A DNA stretch of 64,000 nucleotides, taken from contig NW_027266274.1 of assembly GCF_022045235.1 (NCBI RefSeq), positions 4,154,001-4,218,000 of the forward strand. The letters run 5' to 3'. The position numbers and the translations under genes were made by a program. Shown here in pieces: positions 25,611 through 38,252 of the stretch; within the stretch, counting starts at the first letter, position 1; every line of letters starts with the position of its first letter. The notes beneath the pieces were generated by a model. That model was not told the DNA's origin, searched no databases, and saw only the letters and a program-made list of their open reading frames with translations. This DNA comes from Haliotis cracherodii (Eukaryota).

Positions 25611-28244
25611 CATTAATGTGAGTGTTACAGCACTACTATGGGACCTTGTTAAACCAGACACATCTCATTATGGAAGATTGATAATATGTTACAAACTGTG
25701 ACATCATAAGTTCTCCAGGATCCAGACGAGTGCAACCCCACAATCTCACCCTAATCTCACCTGCACTTACAACCAATTGAATATGACCTTCTCCCCTCTG
25801 AGAAAAACAAAAGATAGTTTTACAGGTAAAGATTACAAAACCTTGCAAAAAGGTACAATGTTTAACATGTTTTACATATATTACAAAACAATTAGTTCTG
25901 TAAACATAGTCTCTTCAGAACGCATACCACACGTCTCAAGTGACACTTCTGTTGCGACAATGGGTAGCTGTTTCCTTCTCTCTTCCCTTGAAACTTTCTT
26001 TCATGGCAAAGACACTTGTGTAACTTCCTAAAATGCTACACAGCTATTCCTTAAACCTGCCGTGTGAACACTGCATCTGTAATGGGTTGAGGTTTGGCCG
26101 AAGCTGAACTAAGGAAAGTAAATTGCCCTGGCTTATGACTGGCTTTGTCCGTGTGTGAGCAGAGAGACTCTAAAACATGTCCTCCCTCATTAACACGTCA
26201 GTCCATTTAAAGCAGGGAAATACACCAACAGAGCCAAAACCGAAGGTCCTCATTATACGAAACCTTTAAACAGCTTAAGAACCTGCAAATTCATACATTT
26301 TCTTTAGCACTTAACACTCTCTTCTTGTATCACACAGGTGTTCATAGGTTAAATATGTTAATGTTCCACTCAGGTCTATGTTGGGTGGATAATGATTCTG
26401 AGTATTCAATTAAAAAATCTAAAGACTATGCTAAGCTCCAAAAGTAACTGAGTGATAATGTTCATGTTTATCACATAATGCTTTTAGAAGCACTTCAACG
26501 CTCTAGCTCGTCTAAAGACGGACCAAAATCTTTCTAAAGAATCCTAATCTTACAAACTAAAACATGAACAAATTTAAAACTTAAATTTAAATTTATTTGT
26601 CTTATTATTGTTGTGGTTCAAGTGAAAGACTATCTTTATTCCTCATTGATATGTGTAGCAGTTTTTGGATTGCCTTTCTTTCAGGGCCCAAGACACATCA
26701 AAACAACATCAGACGACCCTGGCCAATCCTACCAAGATGTTTGTGGCGTACACTCACAGAACTAAATATCTTGAGGTCCGTTGTACAGTGTGAAGGTGTG
26801 GGTCCTCTCCATACCAATTGTCATTCATTTTATTGACTAATTAATTACAGGTAACTTTGGCCTTCCAGTTTAACTATGTGAAGCTGGCAGATCTCAAAAC
26901 TCCTGGACTGCACTATTCACACTTCATCTTTCTGACATAAGTATTATTTATTATTTTTCACAGGCTGCCCTTGTTAATGGATGCTGTCAATGTATTGTCA
27001 AATAACAGCCAGGTGACCTACATTGTCTACTGACTTGTCTTCTCCATCAACAACTCGTCAAAACCTCTTTCCAAATTGCTGGAGAAGCATTGGTAATTAT
27101 TTAGGTATCATATTCATAGATAACATGTGATTATAGACCACTTAGTGAAACCTCCTGTAAATCTGTAATTATTTCCGCCATTTGCTAACAATAGTGAAAT
27201 GTACACCTCATGTCACTAACACAGCCATTAGCACATACTTGGCTTATGTTGCTAACAGTTTCTCTCACAGCCAGAATTCCATATCAATAAATCAGTGTCA
27301 TGTGCATTTTGGATAGACCTGATAATGAAATAGCCCACTACGGCATTCATAACCACTAACTCTAGTCTACAACTTGCCATACAAGTCACTTTGCCGTCTG
27401 CGGGGGGAAATATGTATTCTCATTATGTTGCAACAGAAGATATTCTTGCCAAATACCAGGTTTATCTCATCTCAAGGAGGAGAAGTTGTGTCCCTTGGGC
27501 ATACCAGGATCCTAAAGCTGTGGGTTCGAATTCCAGAATCACCATCATAATGACCATCAGTTTGTCAGCACCATGCTCGTACACTTGTGTTTCACCAAAG
27601 TGGTAAATGCCAAGAGAAGTTGTATTGACACTCTATGTACAGTAAGTGAAATAATATTTAACTATTGCTGGCAAGCTAACCTTAAAAATAACTTGCCAGT
27701 TTCAAATTTCACCAGCCATGTACTATTTTTTAAGACACTTCCTTTCCGACCCGTGTATTTCTACTCTCCTATCTGATCCTGTTTCTCTTATCACTCATTT
27801 TGTCACTTAAGAAATGGAGGTATTGATCTCCAGAAATGGGAGAACTTTTCATGATATATTGATCAACTAAATTAGCCTGATCCAAATTTTACTAGCCACA
27901 GGCAAGCAGGCAGTTAATTCGCACATTGTGAACCTATTTCACAGACAGATTTGCATGACTGCTAAGTGCAGTATAAATGACAATGTCAGTAATCCGCAAA
28001 TGAAATTGTGGCATGTTGATGTTTTACTGCTGATACATTATCAGTTTCATCAATTCCAAGTTAGGAGGAGCCATGTTGTGCTTCTCCTGCAATGTCAGGC
28101 CGGAATGGTTCCCCCAACCCTGGGGTGCACCAAGCTACCAAGCTACCATCTGCTGTCATGATGTCATTCACATAATCAACACCAGTCACTTCTCTCCCAC
28201 GGAGGCCACAGAGGGGGCAGGGTTGTTGAGTCATGAACAAGGGA

Positions 28245-28403
28245 TATAGTTCTATAGACTAACATTTAGTCTCTGAAATGCACATATCGTACAGAAAAAA
28301 AAGAAGTTATCTTAATAACAATTTAATAAAAAGGAGCCCAGAGACTCTATTCTGATACTGCAGTAATCTAGACTTGCCAAACATTATGGACTTGCAGGGG
28401 CTG
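28245..28403 (-). mobile_element. Interspersed repeat family C (inverted copy)
   Basis: Reverse complement of 25442-25610 and 38103-38252. Confidence 0.8.
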
Positions 28404-30475
28404 AATTGGATATATTTGTATCAGGGTCTTCTTTATTACACCGACTGCACCGTTTCGGTGTAGATACTAACACCATTAGGTGCTTTGATAACGGTGTTTG
28501 TGTACACATTGTGTCATCTATTGTACCAAACACCACCAACTGCTCCTGCTTGTGTTTCTTATAAAGCATGTCACCATGGTTACAGCAATACGGGATCTAG
28601 TCCCAAGGGTCTGTAAAATGTGGACTGTAACCATGGTTACAAAAACACTGGACCTGCTGAATTGGATAAATTTAATCTTGAAATCAACCCCAGGCAGTTC
28701 TAACAAGTTTACAACAAAAATGGCAGATTCCCAACTTTTCTGCATGTGACTTATCTCAACTGATCCTCATCATTGTGTCTGTAAAGTGGAAACTCCAACC
28801 ATCTCTATACATTTAATGTTTCAGGCACACAGAGACAGCAGCCGCAGAACTGACCAAGGTTCATCACTACCCACAGGTGAGACCATGGACCATCGTTACT
28901 CACAGACCTCCTCAAGGCCCTGGGTTGGCGGCAAAGTCCCATTTTCACATCATCAAATTTGCAGAAGGGTATATGTAAGAACTTGTGAATCTCAAACATA
29001 TCTGACATTCTATCAACAACCTATACGAGCAATTCTGACATATGCAGGACTGATAATGTACGTGTTGGTATGAATTATGGTATGAACAAATCTTGGGTCA
29101 TGTTTCCTTATTAACCATAGATTGTGTCAGCTTTACGAAACAATAGAGGATATTTTATGACTCTCAAGTGTTGACCATAACAAAACTTCCTTATTTTCAA
29201 GTATGCAGATGATCATACCACTGTCAAGACGAACATTTACCATCTCAAATGTTCAAGATTTGGTTGGGTTAAATTGTCATTTCATATAACAAAAGGGAAT
29301 CCAGAAGCTCTTTTCATTTTAAGAAACTGAATAAATCTCAACATGCTAAAATATTGTAGACTTGTTTTATTTTTTTTCAGACATATTTGTTTCAGAGTCT
29401 GTAAGAGAGAACCACTACTGTCTTGAACCAGTTTAAACTGATGGGACATCCCATAGATGCCTAGTAACCTGCACTCTAACCCTGTATTAGAACAACAGGA
29501 CAGACAATTAGAAACAGTCCTTGATACTTCGTTAATGCCGTACTGTATTTAAGTGAGACAATTTCACAAGCTCTTATTAAAGGGGTAGAAGTCATACAGT
29601 ATATCGTATTACTAATAACTTAACTATTCCAGGATAAATGGGTAATTACACGGACAAAATCTTACATCCCAAATGCAATTCTTACACACATACCCATGCT
29701 GTGATATAATAGGTTGTATTATTAACACATGGATGAGCCACACACTGTGATGATGAAGAGACTCCGGACTAATTAGTTCACTGTGGTCACGTCAAGCTCA
29801 GTACCTGTCTCTACTCACTGAATCTTGCTATTTCAGTAAAACAGGTAAGTGTTTTTATCTCATTTGCAAGTGAATAAAGTTCTTATGGTAACAAATGTGT
29901 TTGTTTTGGTACTTTGTTGGCAAATGAGGAAATAATTTTGTTGACGAAACAAACACCAAAGAAAGACATACATTAGCTTGAAAATACTGTCAATTCCTGA
30001 TATAACAAACTCAAATACCACGAGGATCAAAATATCAATTATAAGAAAAATCAAGTCTTATCCCTAAAAAATAACAAATTTTGAATGTTTAGAACAGTTT
30101 TAAGGAACCCTGGGTTTTGTAATATCCTGATTTGACTGTTATGTTATATATGTAGGACTCAGTTGGTGGGAGTTGATCCTTGGTGGATTGTCTCAGTTGT
30201 GGCAGATTCAGAAGTCTATTATTAGATGATGACATCATCCCCACTGTGACATCATCAGGCCAAAGTTCACAAGGTTAAAATCATGAAATGTAAATTTGAC
30301 TTGCAGAGAAAACAACTGAGTAAAACACAATTATCAAACGTTGACAAATTGTAATTGATTATACGTGATAAATATCTATGAAAATCAAATACCCACAATC
30401 TCAATACAGACAGCATTCTGGTCATTCACTGCCATGGCATTAGTACTGACACAGTTACACACATAAGTACCTCAC

Positions 30476-30730
30476 CTGGAAGACTATCCAAGTATACCTC
30501 AGCAGCCATTAATGTCCACTGCATGTATTTGAATACTAACCACCAATCAGTGTCTCTGTCATGTTCATGGTCGGAGTCTGAATGAGGAGGAGATACACCA
30601 CAAACATTTCCACTTGTTGGGGTGTCCCTCATTCAAAAAAACTGTTTGCCACCACGGAGCTAAGAGCTGTGAGGAACAACCAAGCAAACTGACGATGTGC
30701 TTCTGGCACAGGGATGAGACCAGTGTCTAT
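30476..30730 (-). other. Candidate exon of the minus-strand gene, possibly with the start codon (ATG at 30632; 52 codons, phase-1 donor)
   Basis: Acceptor tttgcctgtttAG and donor CAG/GTGAG. ORF MRDTPTSGNVCGVSPPHSDSDHEHDRDTDWWLVFKYMQWTLMAAEVYLDSLP. Protein not recognised. Confidence 0.4.
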
Positions 30731-31440
30731 CTAAACAGGCAAATATTTACTTATACAGACGGACAGGAGTTGACAAAAAGCTGACAGTTGAACTTAAGAG
30801 TCTGAAAGACTTAACTGACAAATTTACAGACCTTCAACCCACATTATTGGGAGACGTTTATAACCTCATTACTTAGAGGAAACAGAATAATGTTTTGGAT
30901 AGATAAACTAGAACATTGATAAGCTTTGGTCAAGTTTCAGATTGAAATAAGTACCACAGAATTCATAATTTCTGTCATAGTATCCTCAAAGATTAGATTA
31001 TTAATTTAAACAATTATATTAAGAGGATCAATATTTAATATAGACAGCATTTTGTACATGGTGCATGGGCTCACTTCTCAGTGTAGAGCCAAATCGTTTC
31101 ACCAGTAATGTTTTGACAGATGTCATTACGCATGACAGATGGTGTGTGTTGCACAGATTGATCTATGTCAGATTTGTGTTGCATAGTCCATTGATGTAGG
31201 TGCTCCACTCAGGGCTGTAGCCAATGCTCTTGCAGATGATACATCCTGACTAATGACGTTTCAAAATTAAAAATATGTATCATGATGCAACAATATTGAA
31301 TTTTGTGTATTCCAAAATTATTTTTTAAGAGTTGTGAACAAGAGCTGTTGCTATTCTTAGAATACATTTGTTAGTGCTTTGTGATGCACAATGTTTAAAG
31401 ATATGTTGATGTAGTTGATGTAGTGTTGATGTTGATAAAT

Positions 31441-31795
31441 GGAGATTATTATGCAAAAAAGCATTTGTGTCACACTTATTATACGAAACGAGTGTCAGTG
31501 TAAAAAATTCTTTATTTCCCATTATTTCTTAATCCTTTGGTGCTCCCCCTTAGAAAAATGAATGACAGTCGCCATAAAAAAACACTAATCTCAAATGACA
31601 TCAACAATTTTTCAGCTATGACATTGTTTCAAGTGTGACGTCATTCACACCATCCGTCACAATAAGATTTGAATGATGTCAACAATGGCGTTTGGGTGAC
31701 GTAAACAATATTTCCCGATACACGTGAAGAGATATTTGCCCTAGTGCACATGAGATATTTATGAACTCGGTTATTTCTAACCCTATGGGTAATAA
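31441..31795 (-). mobile_element. Second copy of the 6378-6856 repeat, with the hairpin region deleted
   Basis: Colinear reverse-complement similarity to 6378-6856. Confidence 0.75.
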
Positions 31796-32984
31796 ATACT
31801 TCTAGGATATTCTTCAATATGCTTGTGGAGGAGGATGCAAAATCAATGTGTGATCAATATGAGGCCAAAATAAATGATCAGACTTTCATTCCATAAAGGA
31901 CATGCAAAACCACAAGAGCAGCTAGGATCACCACTGCAGCCCAAATGGAAGATATCACCTGTCAATATGCTCTAGTTATATCTGTTTCGGGTCCATTATG
32001 TTTTTAATGTAATATTGGAGGATTCTCAAAATTATATTTGACTTAAAAGTGCCATTAACTTTCAACTGGATTGATACTGTGTGCATGTAAAGTGATATGT
32101 CAAATATCTTGTATCAGTGTAGAATGACATCCTTGCAGGAGATGACACTGTGTCTCATTTACACGTTATCATAATTACAGCAATATGCAGGTACACAAGA
32201 AAGAAGGGTTTTCCAATAATACAAACATCACACATAGAAAATCTGATTAAGAAAATAATGTCTGCAATATTTTCAACGGCAATATAAAATTTAAATCAGT
32301 CTCAAATTGATTAAATAATTGCATTGGATACATGATGACTCATTCAGCTTGATAACAAAGTGTCAGTACAAACAGGCTGTGATGGAGCCATTCATTGAGC
32401 CATTATCCCCATCTACACACATGTATTTTATGAGAACACCATGTGTGAAAATATTGGTCATATTTGTAAAATATTAACCATATCAGTATCCTAATATTGA
32501 TCGGGCCTTACAATACCACTTCATAACACAAACTAACACCAGCATTGCCTCATCGGGAGCTGCTAGACTTGTAACTATTCATCTGAGAAGCAGGGCCCAG
32601 ACAGGATATTGTGCATTAAACCTAGGTGTGTGTTTTTTCGTTTCCTCTGCTTGCTGGAAATGAGTTTTGTCGGCTTGTGACCTATTCATGTTTTTGAGTG
32701 TCTGATTAATGATACATAGCATATGAGTGCAATATTGTCCTGACAAATGTAATGTATGGCTTGTCACAGTGAGTGTGAGGAGATCCTTGGTGATGACAGA
32801 TAATACAACATGTATCATCAGTCAACAATATACAGTTTCATTGTTACTTAAATGTCATATTGATTTTCAGTAAATCCATGTTATTACTATTGCTTGTTGG
32901 TAACATTGTAAACTAGTTACTTACAGGATCTTATCTTCATGATCATATTTACCCTCTAAATTGCCATCATAATCATCACTGTCT

Positions 32985-33713
32985 TTTAATCATCATCATC
33001 ATCATCCTTAACAGTCCTATTCCTCCTCCCCCTCATCATCATCAGTCCTTGTCCTCCTCCTCCTTATCAGTCCTCCTCCTCCTCATTGTCATCATCAGTC
33101 CTAGTCCTCCTCCTAATCAGTCCTAGTCCTCCTCCTCTTCCTTGTCAGTCCTCCTCCTCCTCATCGTCATCATCAGTCCTAGTCCTTCTCCCCCTCAGTC
33201 CTAGTCCTCTTCCTTATCAGTCCTAGTCCTCCTCATCATCATCAGTCCTAGTCCTCCTCCTCTTCCTTGTCAGTCCTAGTCCTCTTCATCATCAGTCCTA
33301 GTCCTACTCCTCATCAGTCCTAGTCCTCCTCCTCATCAGTCCTAGTCCTCCTCCTCATCAGTCCTAGTCCTCCTCCTCCTCAGTCCTAGTCCTCCTCCTT
33401 ATCAGTCCTAGTCCTCCTCATCATCATCAGTCCTAGTCCTCCTCCTCTTCCTTGTCAGTCCTAGTCCTCCTCATCATCAGTCCTAGTCCTACTCCTCATC
33501 AGTCCTAGTCCTCCTCCTCATCAGTCCTAGTCCTCCTCCTCCTCAGTCCTAGTCCTCCTCCTCCTCAGTCCTAGTCCTCCTCCTTATCAGTCCTAGTCCT
33601 CCTCCTCAGTCCTAGTCCTCCTCATCAGTCCTAGTCCTCCTCTTCCTCATCATCAGTCCTAGTCCTCCTCCTCATCATCATCATCAGTCTTAGTCCTCCT
33701 CATCATCATCAGT
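32985..33713. repeat. Compound pyrimidine-rich repeat [CAGTCCTAG(TCC)n(TCA)m]n
   Basis: Direct periodicity with variable trinucleotide runs. The acidic minus-strand frame is interrupted by TAG in each unit. Confidence 0.95.
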
Positions 33714-33720
33714 TGTATCT

Positions 33721-33932
33721 AACCCTGTGGGGATTCAAGAATTTGTCCCCAGCAACCAATGCTTGTCATAGGAAGCGACTTAATGGCCCGGTTGGTCAGG
33801 CTCAGTTACTCGGTTGATTGTGCCATGCCCACGATGCGATAATATCAATCACTGGATTGTTTGGTCCAGACTTAAATATTTACAGGCTGCTGTCATATCG
33901 AATACTTCTGAGTGTGGTGATAAGCAACAAAC
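33721..33932 (+). mobile_element. SINE-like family B, degenerate copy
   Basis: CAGCAACCAATGCTTGTCATAGGAAGCGACT...CACTGGATTGTTTGGTCCAGAC...CTGAGTGTGG...CAACAAAC. Confidence 0.7.
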
Positions 33933-35524
33933 AGAATTATTTATGATTATGTATGAGTTGGTCAGTAACATACTTTGTCACTGATATTGACACGCCTGTC
34001 CCGTGATGCTGAAAGACTGTGAACACAGTGACGCCGGCCTAGTGTCTCAGTGTAGCTGATGATCAATCCTGGAGATGTAGGCTACAAGGCTGAAGACCAT
34101 CACACACAGATCACTGTGTCTACCTGCCACGTGAAATCAATTACAGATTGACAGCTAACGACGTCTTTCATGCAACGAGCAGTCACACCCAGATTGCTCC
34201 ACTGCAGTGTCTGCCTGTCTCTCACAGAGCGGTGTGGTCAGGCGGAGACAGCCATGACCTGGTCTGACATCACAGATCTGTCAGGCTTATCCCAAACATG
34301 AATGTCACCATAATTAATGATTCAATTATGACTTAAACAAGCCCTTCCCAACATGAATTCTTTACATAGTTGGGTCAAGTACTCTTAACAAGATATGTAA
34401 TTAGAAATGTCTGTCAAGGAGTCTATTATATATCTAATGCCTTCCCCTGATTTCACAGTGGTAGAAGGCAGGAAGCAGAATCCTAGTGCCAGTGAAATAT
34501 GTGTGAAGCACAACCTATCACTGCATTGCAGTCTGTCATGGTAGCTTTCTCACGGTACACAGAGGTACTACAACATGTTATGCACAACCAACAATCTGAA
34601 AAGGACATAGTGAAGCAATAGGGATCACATATTCTTGTCTGTCCTAATGTGTAAGCATATGACAGGTTTTATGGTTAGTAATGTAAAAAATATTTGGGAA
34701 GGGCTGATGGCAGTTTTATCTTTATCTTGAGGATCAAATAATTCCAACAAACCCATCTTGTATATAATACCAGTGTTATAAAAAACGATTTCTTATAGAT
34801 CATCACATTATCTGAAGAATTCCAGAAATGTCCAATGCAGTTGGAAATTAGCTGTACACCATATTGGTACACGGATGCTTAGAAAAAACAGATCTTAGTT
34901 ATTTTTTGTCGTTTTTCAAGGAGTATTTTGACAACTGGCTGAAGCACTTGTATAATGTGCCCATTTAAATACCACAAGCATGCGCTGCGAGACCGATGTG
35001 ATAAAAAATAATGCTGTCTGATGTAGCGATATCAGATTTGGAGTGGAAAGTAGACCTGATTGGAATCACCTTGTACTGACTACAGCAAATTGCACACAGC
35101 ATGTGAAGGTACACATCAAAGCCGGTAGCTCTTTTCTGTGGATAAGGCTACAGACGCCCACTTGAAACAACAGTCTTTGTTCGGCGTTCACTGCAGTTTA
35201 CTCGTTTGACATCGGGCGATATTTCGTTTTGACATCTGCAGTTGACATGCAACAATTTCAACATCCTTAATCAGCACAGAGGAAATTTCTAAATGTAACA
35301 GTGTTCACACAAAAGTCAGCATGTGATTGCAGAGATGTAATCACGAAACTGAAAATTTGGTGATTTGAGGCTTGTGGATGTATATTGCGACGATCATAAT
35401 TATCCCCACTGGCGCAGACCGTCTTCTGAAATGGGCGTCTGGCATAATCATTCCTACATAAATGTCGAAACGACGTCATAAAATTGACATTGGACATGAT
35501 CTGGACCTAATACACAACAATCAG

Positions 35525-35670
35525 ACTTACCTGATGAAATCACGCCGCCAACAAGCGAGTTTATTTCCGGGTTCAATGAAGATCGCCGCTACTCTTGAAA
35601 ATACATGTGAGCATAGCTCCGCCCCCTATGGAAATTACGTCTTCCTCCCCATATATGGAAGTAAACCAAT
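35525..35670 (-). promoter_or_regulatory. Putative promoter and first non-coding exon of a minus-strand gene
   Basis: Perfect donor CAG/GTAAGT (exon ends at 35531), CCGGAAAT ETS-like site, GC box CTCCGCCCC (~35617-35626), perfect CArG box CCATATATGG (35649-35658) overlapping GGAAGT, and CCAAT at ~35666. CpG-rich context. Confidence 0.55.
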
Positions 35671-36045
35671 TCACATCGTTTATATGAACAAACCGACAAT
35701 GATATGACAATTCCAAACGGTCACACTATCATTTGATAATATTATTATTCTGCACGCTAATATTAACATGCACATCTTTTATAACAATGCTGTGATCTTT
35801 AAACCCGGCACTATCTTTCTTAGGGAGGTGAACGTAACAGCCATGTTTTCGGCAGACCTTATGGGCACAAGTTAGCATAATTCAAAAAGTATATTGATTG
35901 ACTGCTGGTCGTCTCTTACTGCAATGCGTAACGCATACATAAGCCTGTTCCAAATTATGTGGCAAGTTTTGTTAGTGCAGTAAGAAATGATCTGCACTTC
36001 CATATACTCAAAACACGGTATACCATATCTCATCACCATCTAAAA

Positions 36046-36183
36046 GTGACCCGTGAAGATCTGGGGTAGAAGAGGTCTTCAGCAACCCACGCTTGCCGTA
36101 AAAGGCGACTATGCTTGATTATTTACAGACCGCCGTCATATAGCTGGAAAACTGCTGAATGCGGTGTTAAAAAACAAACAAAG
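36046..36183 (+). mobile_element. SINE-like family B, internally deleted, flanked by ~50-bp direct repeats
   Basis: GACCCGTGAAGATCTGGGGTAGAAGAGGTCTTCAGCAACCCACGCTTGCCGTAAAAGGCGACTA is joined directly to the 3' tail. Repeats at 36001-36051 and 36187-36237. Confidence 0.75.
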
Positions 36184-36597
36184 AAACATATACTCAAAAC
36201 ACGATATATCATATCTCATCTCCATCTCAATGTAACCATGCCACTTCATATACTATCCAAATTCGGAGCGAACTTCATATTTTCGCAGAACCGGATTAGA
36301 CGAATTCGATGGAACATGAAAACAAGGCCACTACATTATATCTCTGATGGGTTGATTTCAGGAAAAAGCTTTTTATGCAACTTGTATGTTTTACCTCAAT
36401 CTCATTCATCTCTTGGGGAGGCAAATGTACACGAATACACCGTTTCGATTTGCAACAGACACGTGAGTACACCAACGGATAATGACGGCATAAAACTTTA
36501 TTCATTCTACATCTTTAAGTGACAGTTCATTCACTATTCGACGTCATGAAAGGGTCCGTTTGAATAATGCTTTACGCCGCAAAGGATACCCAAATAG

Positions 36598-36761
36598 TGA
36601 GTGAGTGAGTATGCTTTTACGCCGCTTTTAGCAATGTTCCAGCAATATCACGGCGGGGGACACCAGAAATTGGCTTCACACATTGTACCCATGTCGGAAA
36701 TCGAACCCGGGTCTTCGGCGTAACGAGCGAACGCTTGAACCACTAGGCTACCCGACCGCCC
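36598..36761 (-). mobile_element. Full-length family A tRNA-derived SINE with 13-bp TSD
   Basis: Highly similar to 21426-21587. TSD GATACCCAAATAG at 36585-36597 and 36762-36774. Confidence 0.93.
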
Positions 36762-37242
36762 GATACCCAAATAGGCTGCATATATAGTGAGTGAGGGAGT
36801 TAAAATTTAATGTCGCATCGCTCCATATATAGTATATATGTAGGAATGAAGAACTGTGTCAGGAAACAAGGAACACAAAGGCTAACCAAGATGGACACAG
36901 CAAATAGTTTTAGTGTTTTTATTTGTCATTTATCATTGGAAGTCATATTCTACTCAACAAATCGCGTCCCCTGCCCTAGAAAACACATTTATCATCCAAA
37001 ACTGGCTCCCACAGGAGATATCGCTTGGATTAGATCAAGCGATATCTACACTGCAGATATTGCTGCAATGAAATTACATCACAATGCTTTGCAGACCATT
37101 GTGACCTCACCGGCTACCATGACGTCACAATCAAATGACATCACTAATGGCTCTGCTACTGAAGCTGTTAGCAGTACTTTTAACACTGAAAACACTGCTA
37201 ATTACTGTCTACAAATTGAAAAAGTTGGAAGAATGATGCTGG

Positions 37243-37338
37243 ATCAAATATATCAACACTTGTTGATAAAAGTGGCAAAAATCCTCGGCAAGCCTCGGAA
37301 TTTTTCCACTTTTATCAACTCGTGTTGATATATTTGAT
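37243..37338. repeat. 96-bp near-perfect palindrome, probably the subterminal hairpin of a non-autonomous DNA element ending ~37370
   Basis: Arms ATCAAATATATCAACAC..GTTGATAAAAGTGG.AAAA and their reverse complement surround CTCGGCAAGCCTCG. Followed by GACACTCG...TCTCTATAT, like the end of 6378-6856. Confidence 0.8.
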
Positions 37339-38102
37339 ATCAAAAGACACTCGGGTGAGATTCTCTATATCCTCTCCCACGCCATCTTCGATTACCCAGT
37401 GTATTATACCGCCTTACTGTTATAACATACAGAATCGGTGATACGCCAGTAACGATGCCCTGGACACTCGAGGATGCTTACACACTTTATTGTGATATTA
37501 CTTGAACGAGCTCGGTATTATTTGAAATGACAGGTCTCTAACAACAGGAAGTCTGTGTTCAAACATGTGTTGTCCCACTCCCCTGCCCCGGGTGATGTTG
37601 CCCAGCGTTTGGTCAAGTGAGTGAGTGAGTGAGTTGGGTTTAACATGCAGTCAATTGTTTAATAAAGAAAATCTAGTTCTCATCCATGTGAACACATCTG
37701 ATAACGTCCACGCCAATTTCCCTTATGTTTTGTTAAATTCTTAAATTATGCAGGTCGAGGTGGTAAAGGCATGAAGCCGAATCGCATGAGAAAGCTGACA
37801 TCTGATTGGCTCAAGAATCAACACTTCCTTTTCTGCAGCTACGACGGTCAAAGTTCGCTCAGAATCAGCTGACCCGACCTTCTATGGAGGTGTCCTCATG
37901 TTTTGACACAGAGAGGTATCAGAGTGAGGAGATTGTCGACATTTACCACGTTTTTCGTAGCTGAAAGCCAATGGATAGCCATCAGTGAAGAGCTGGGATT
38001 CGAAACCTCGATCAGTGGAAGAAGGGCTTGAGGCGAGGGAGAGATTGTAAACGTTCAACAACTATTAGTCTGTCTTACAGACCCTGATACATTTATATCA
38101 AC

Positions 38103-38252
38103 TACAGCCCATGCAAGTCTATAATGTTTGGCAAGTCTAGATTACTGCAGTATCTGAAAATGAAGAGAATCACTGGGCTCCCTTTTTATTAGTTTGTTAT
38201 TTTCTGTATGATATGTTCATTTCAGAGACTATATGTTAGTCTAAACAACTAT
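38103..38252 (+). mobile_element. Interspersed repeat family C
   Basis: Direct similarity to 25442-25610. Confidence 0.8.

Noticed and set aside
32985-33713. Possible Asp/Glu-rich (shell-matrix-like) coding exon on the minus strand
   Set aside because: GAC TAG GAC TGA puts stops in every unit.
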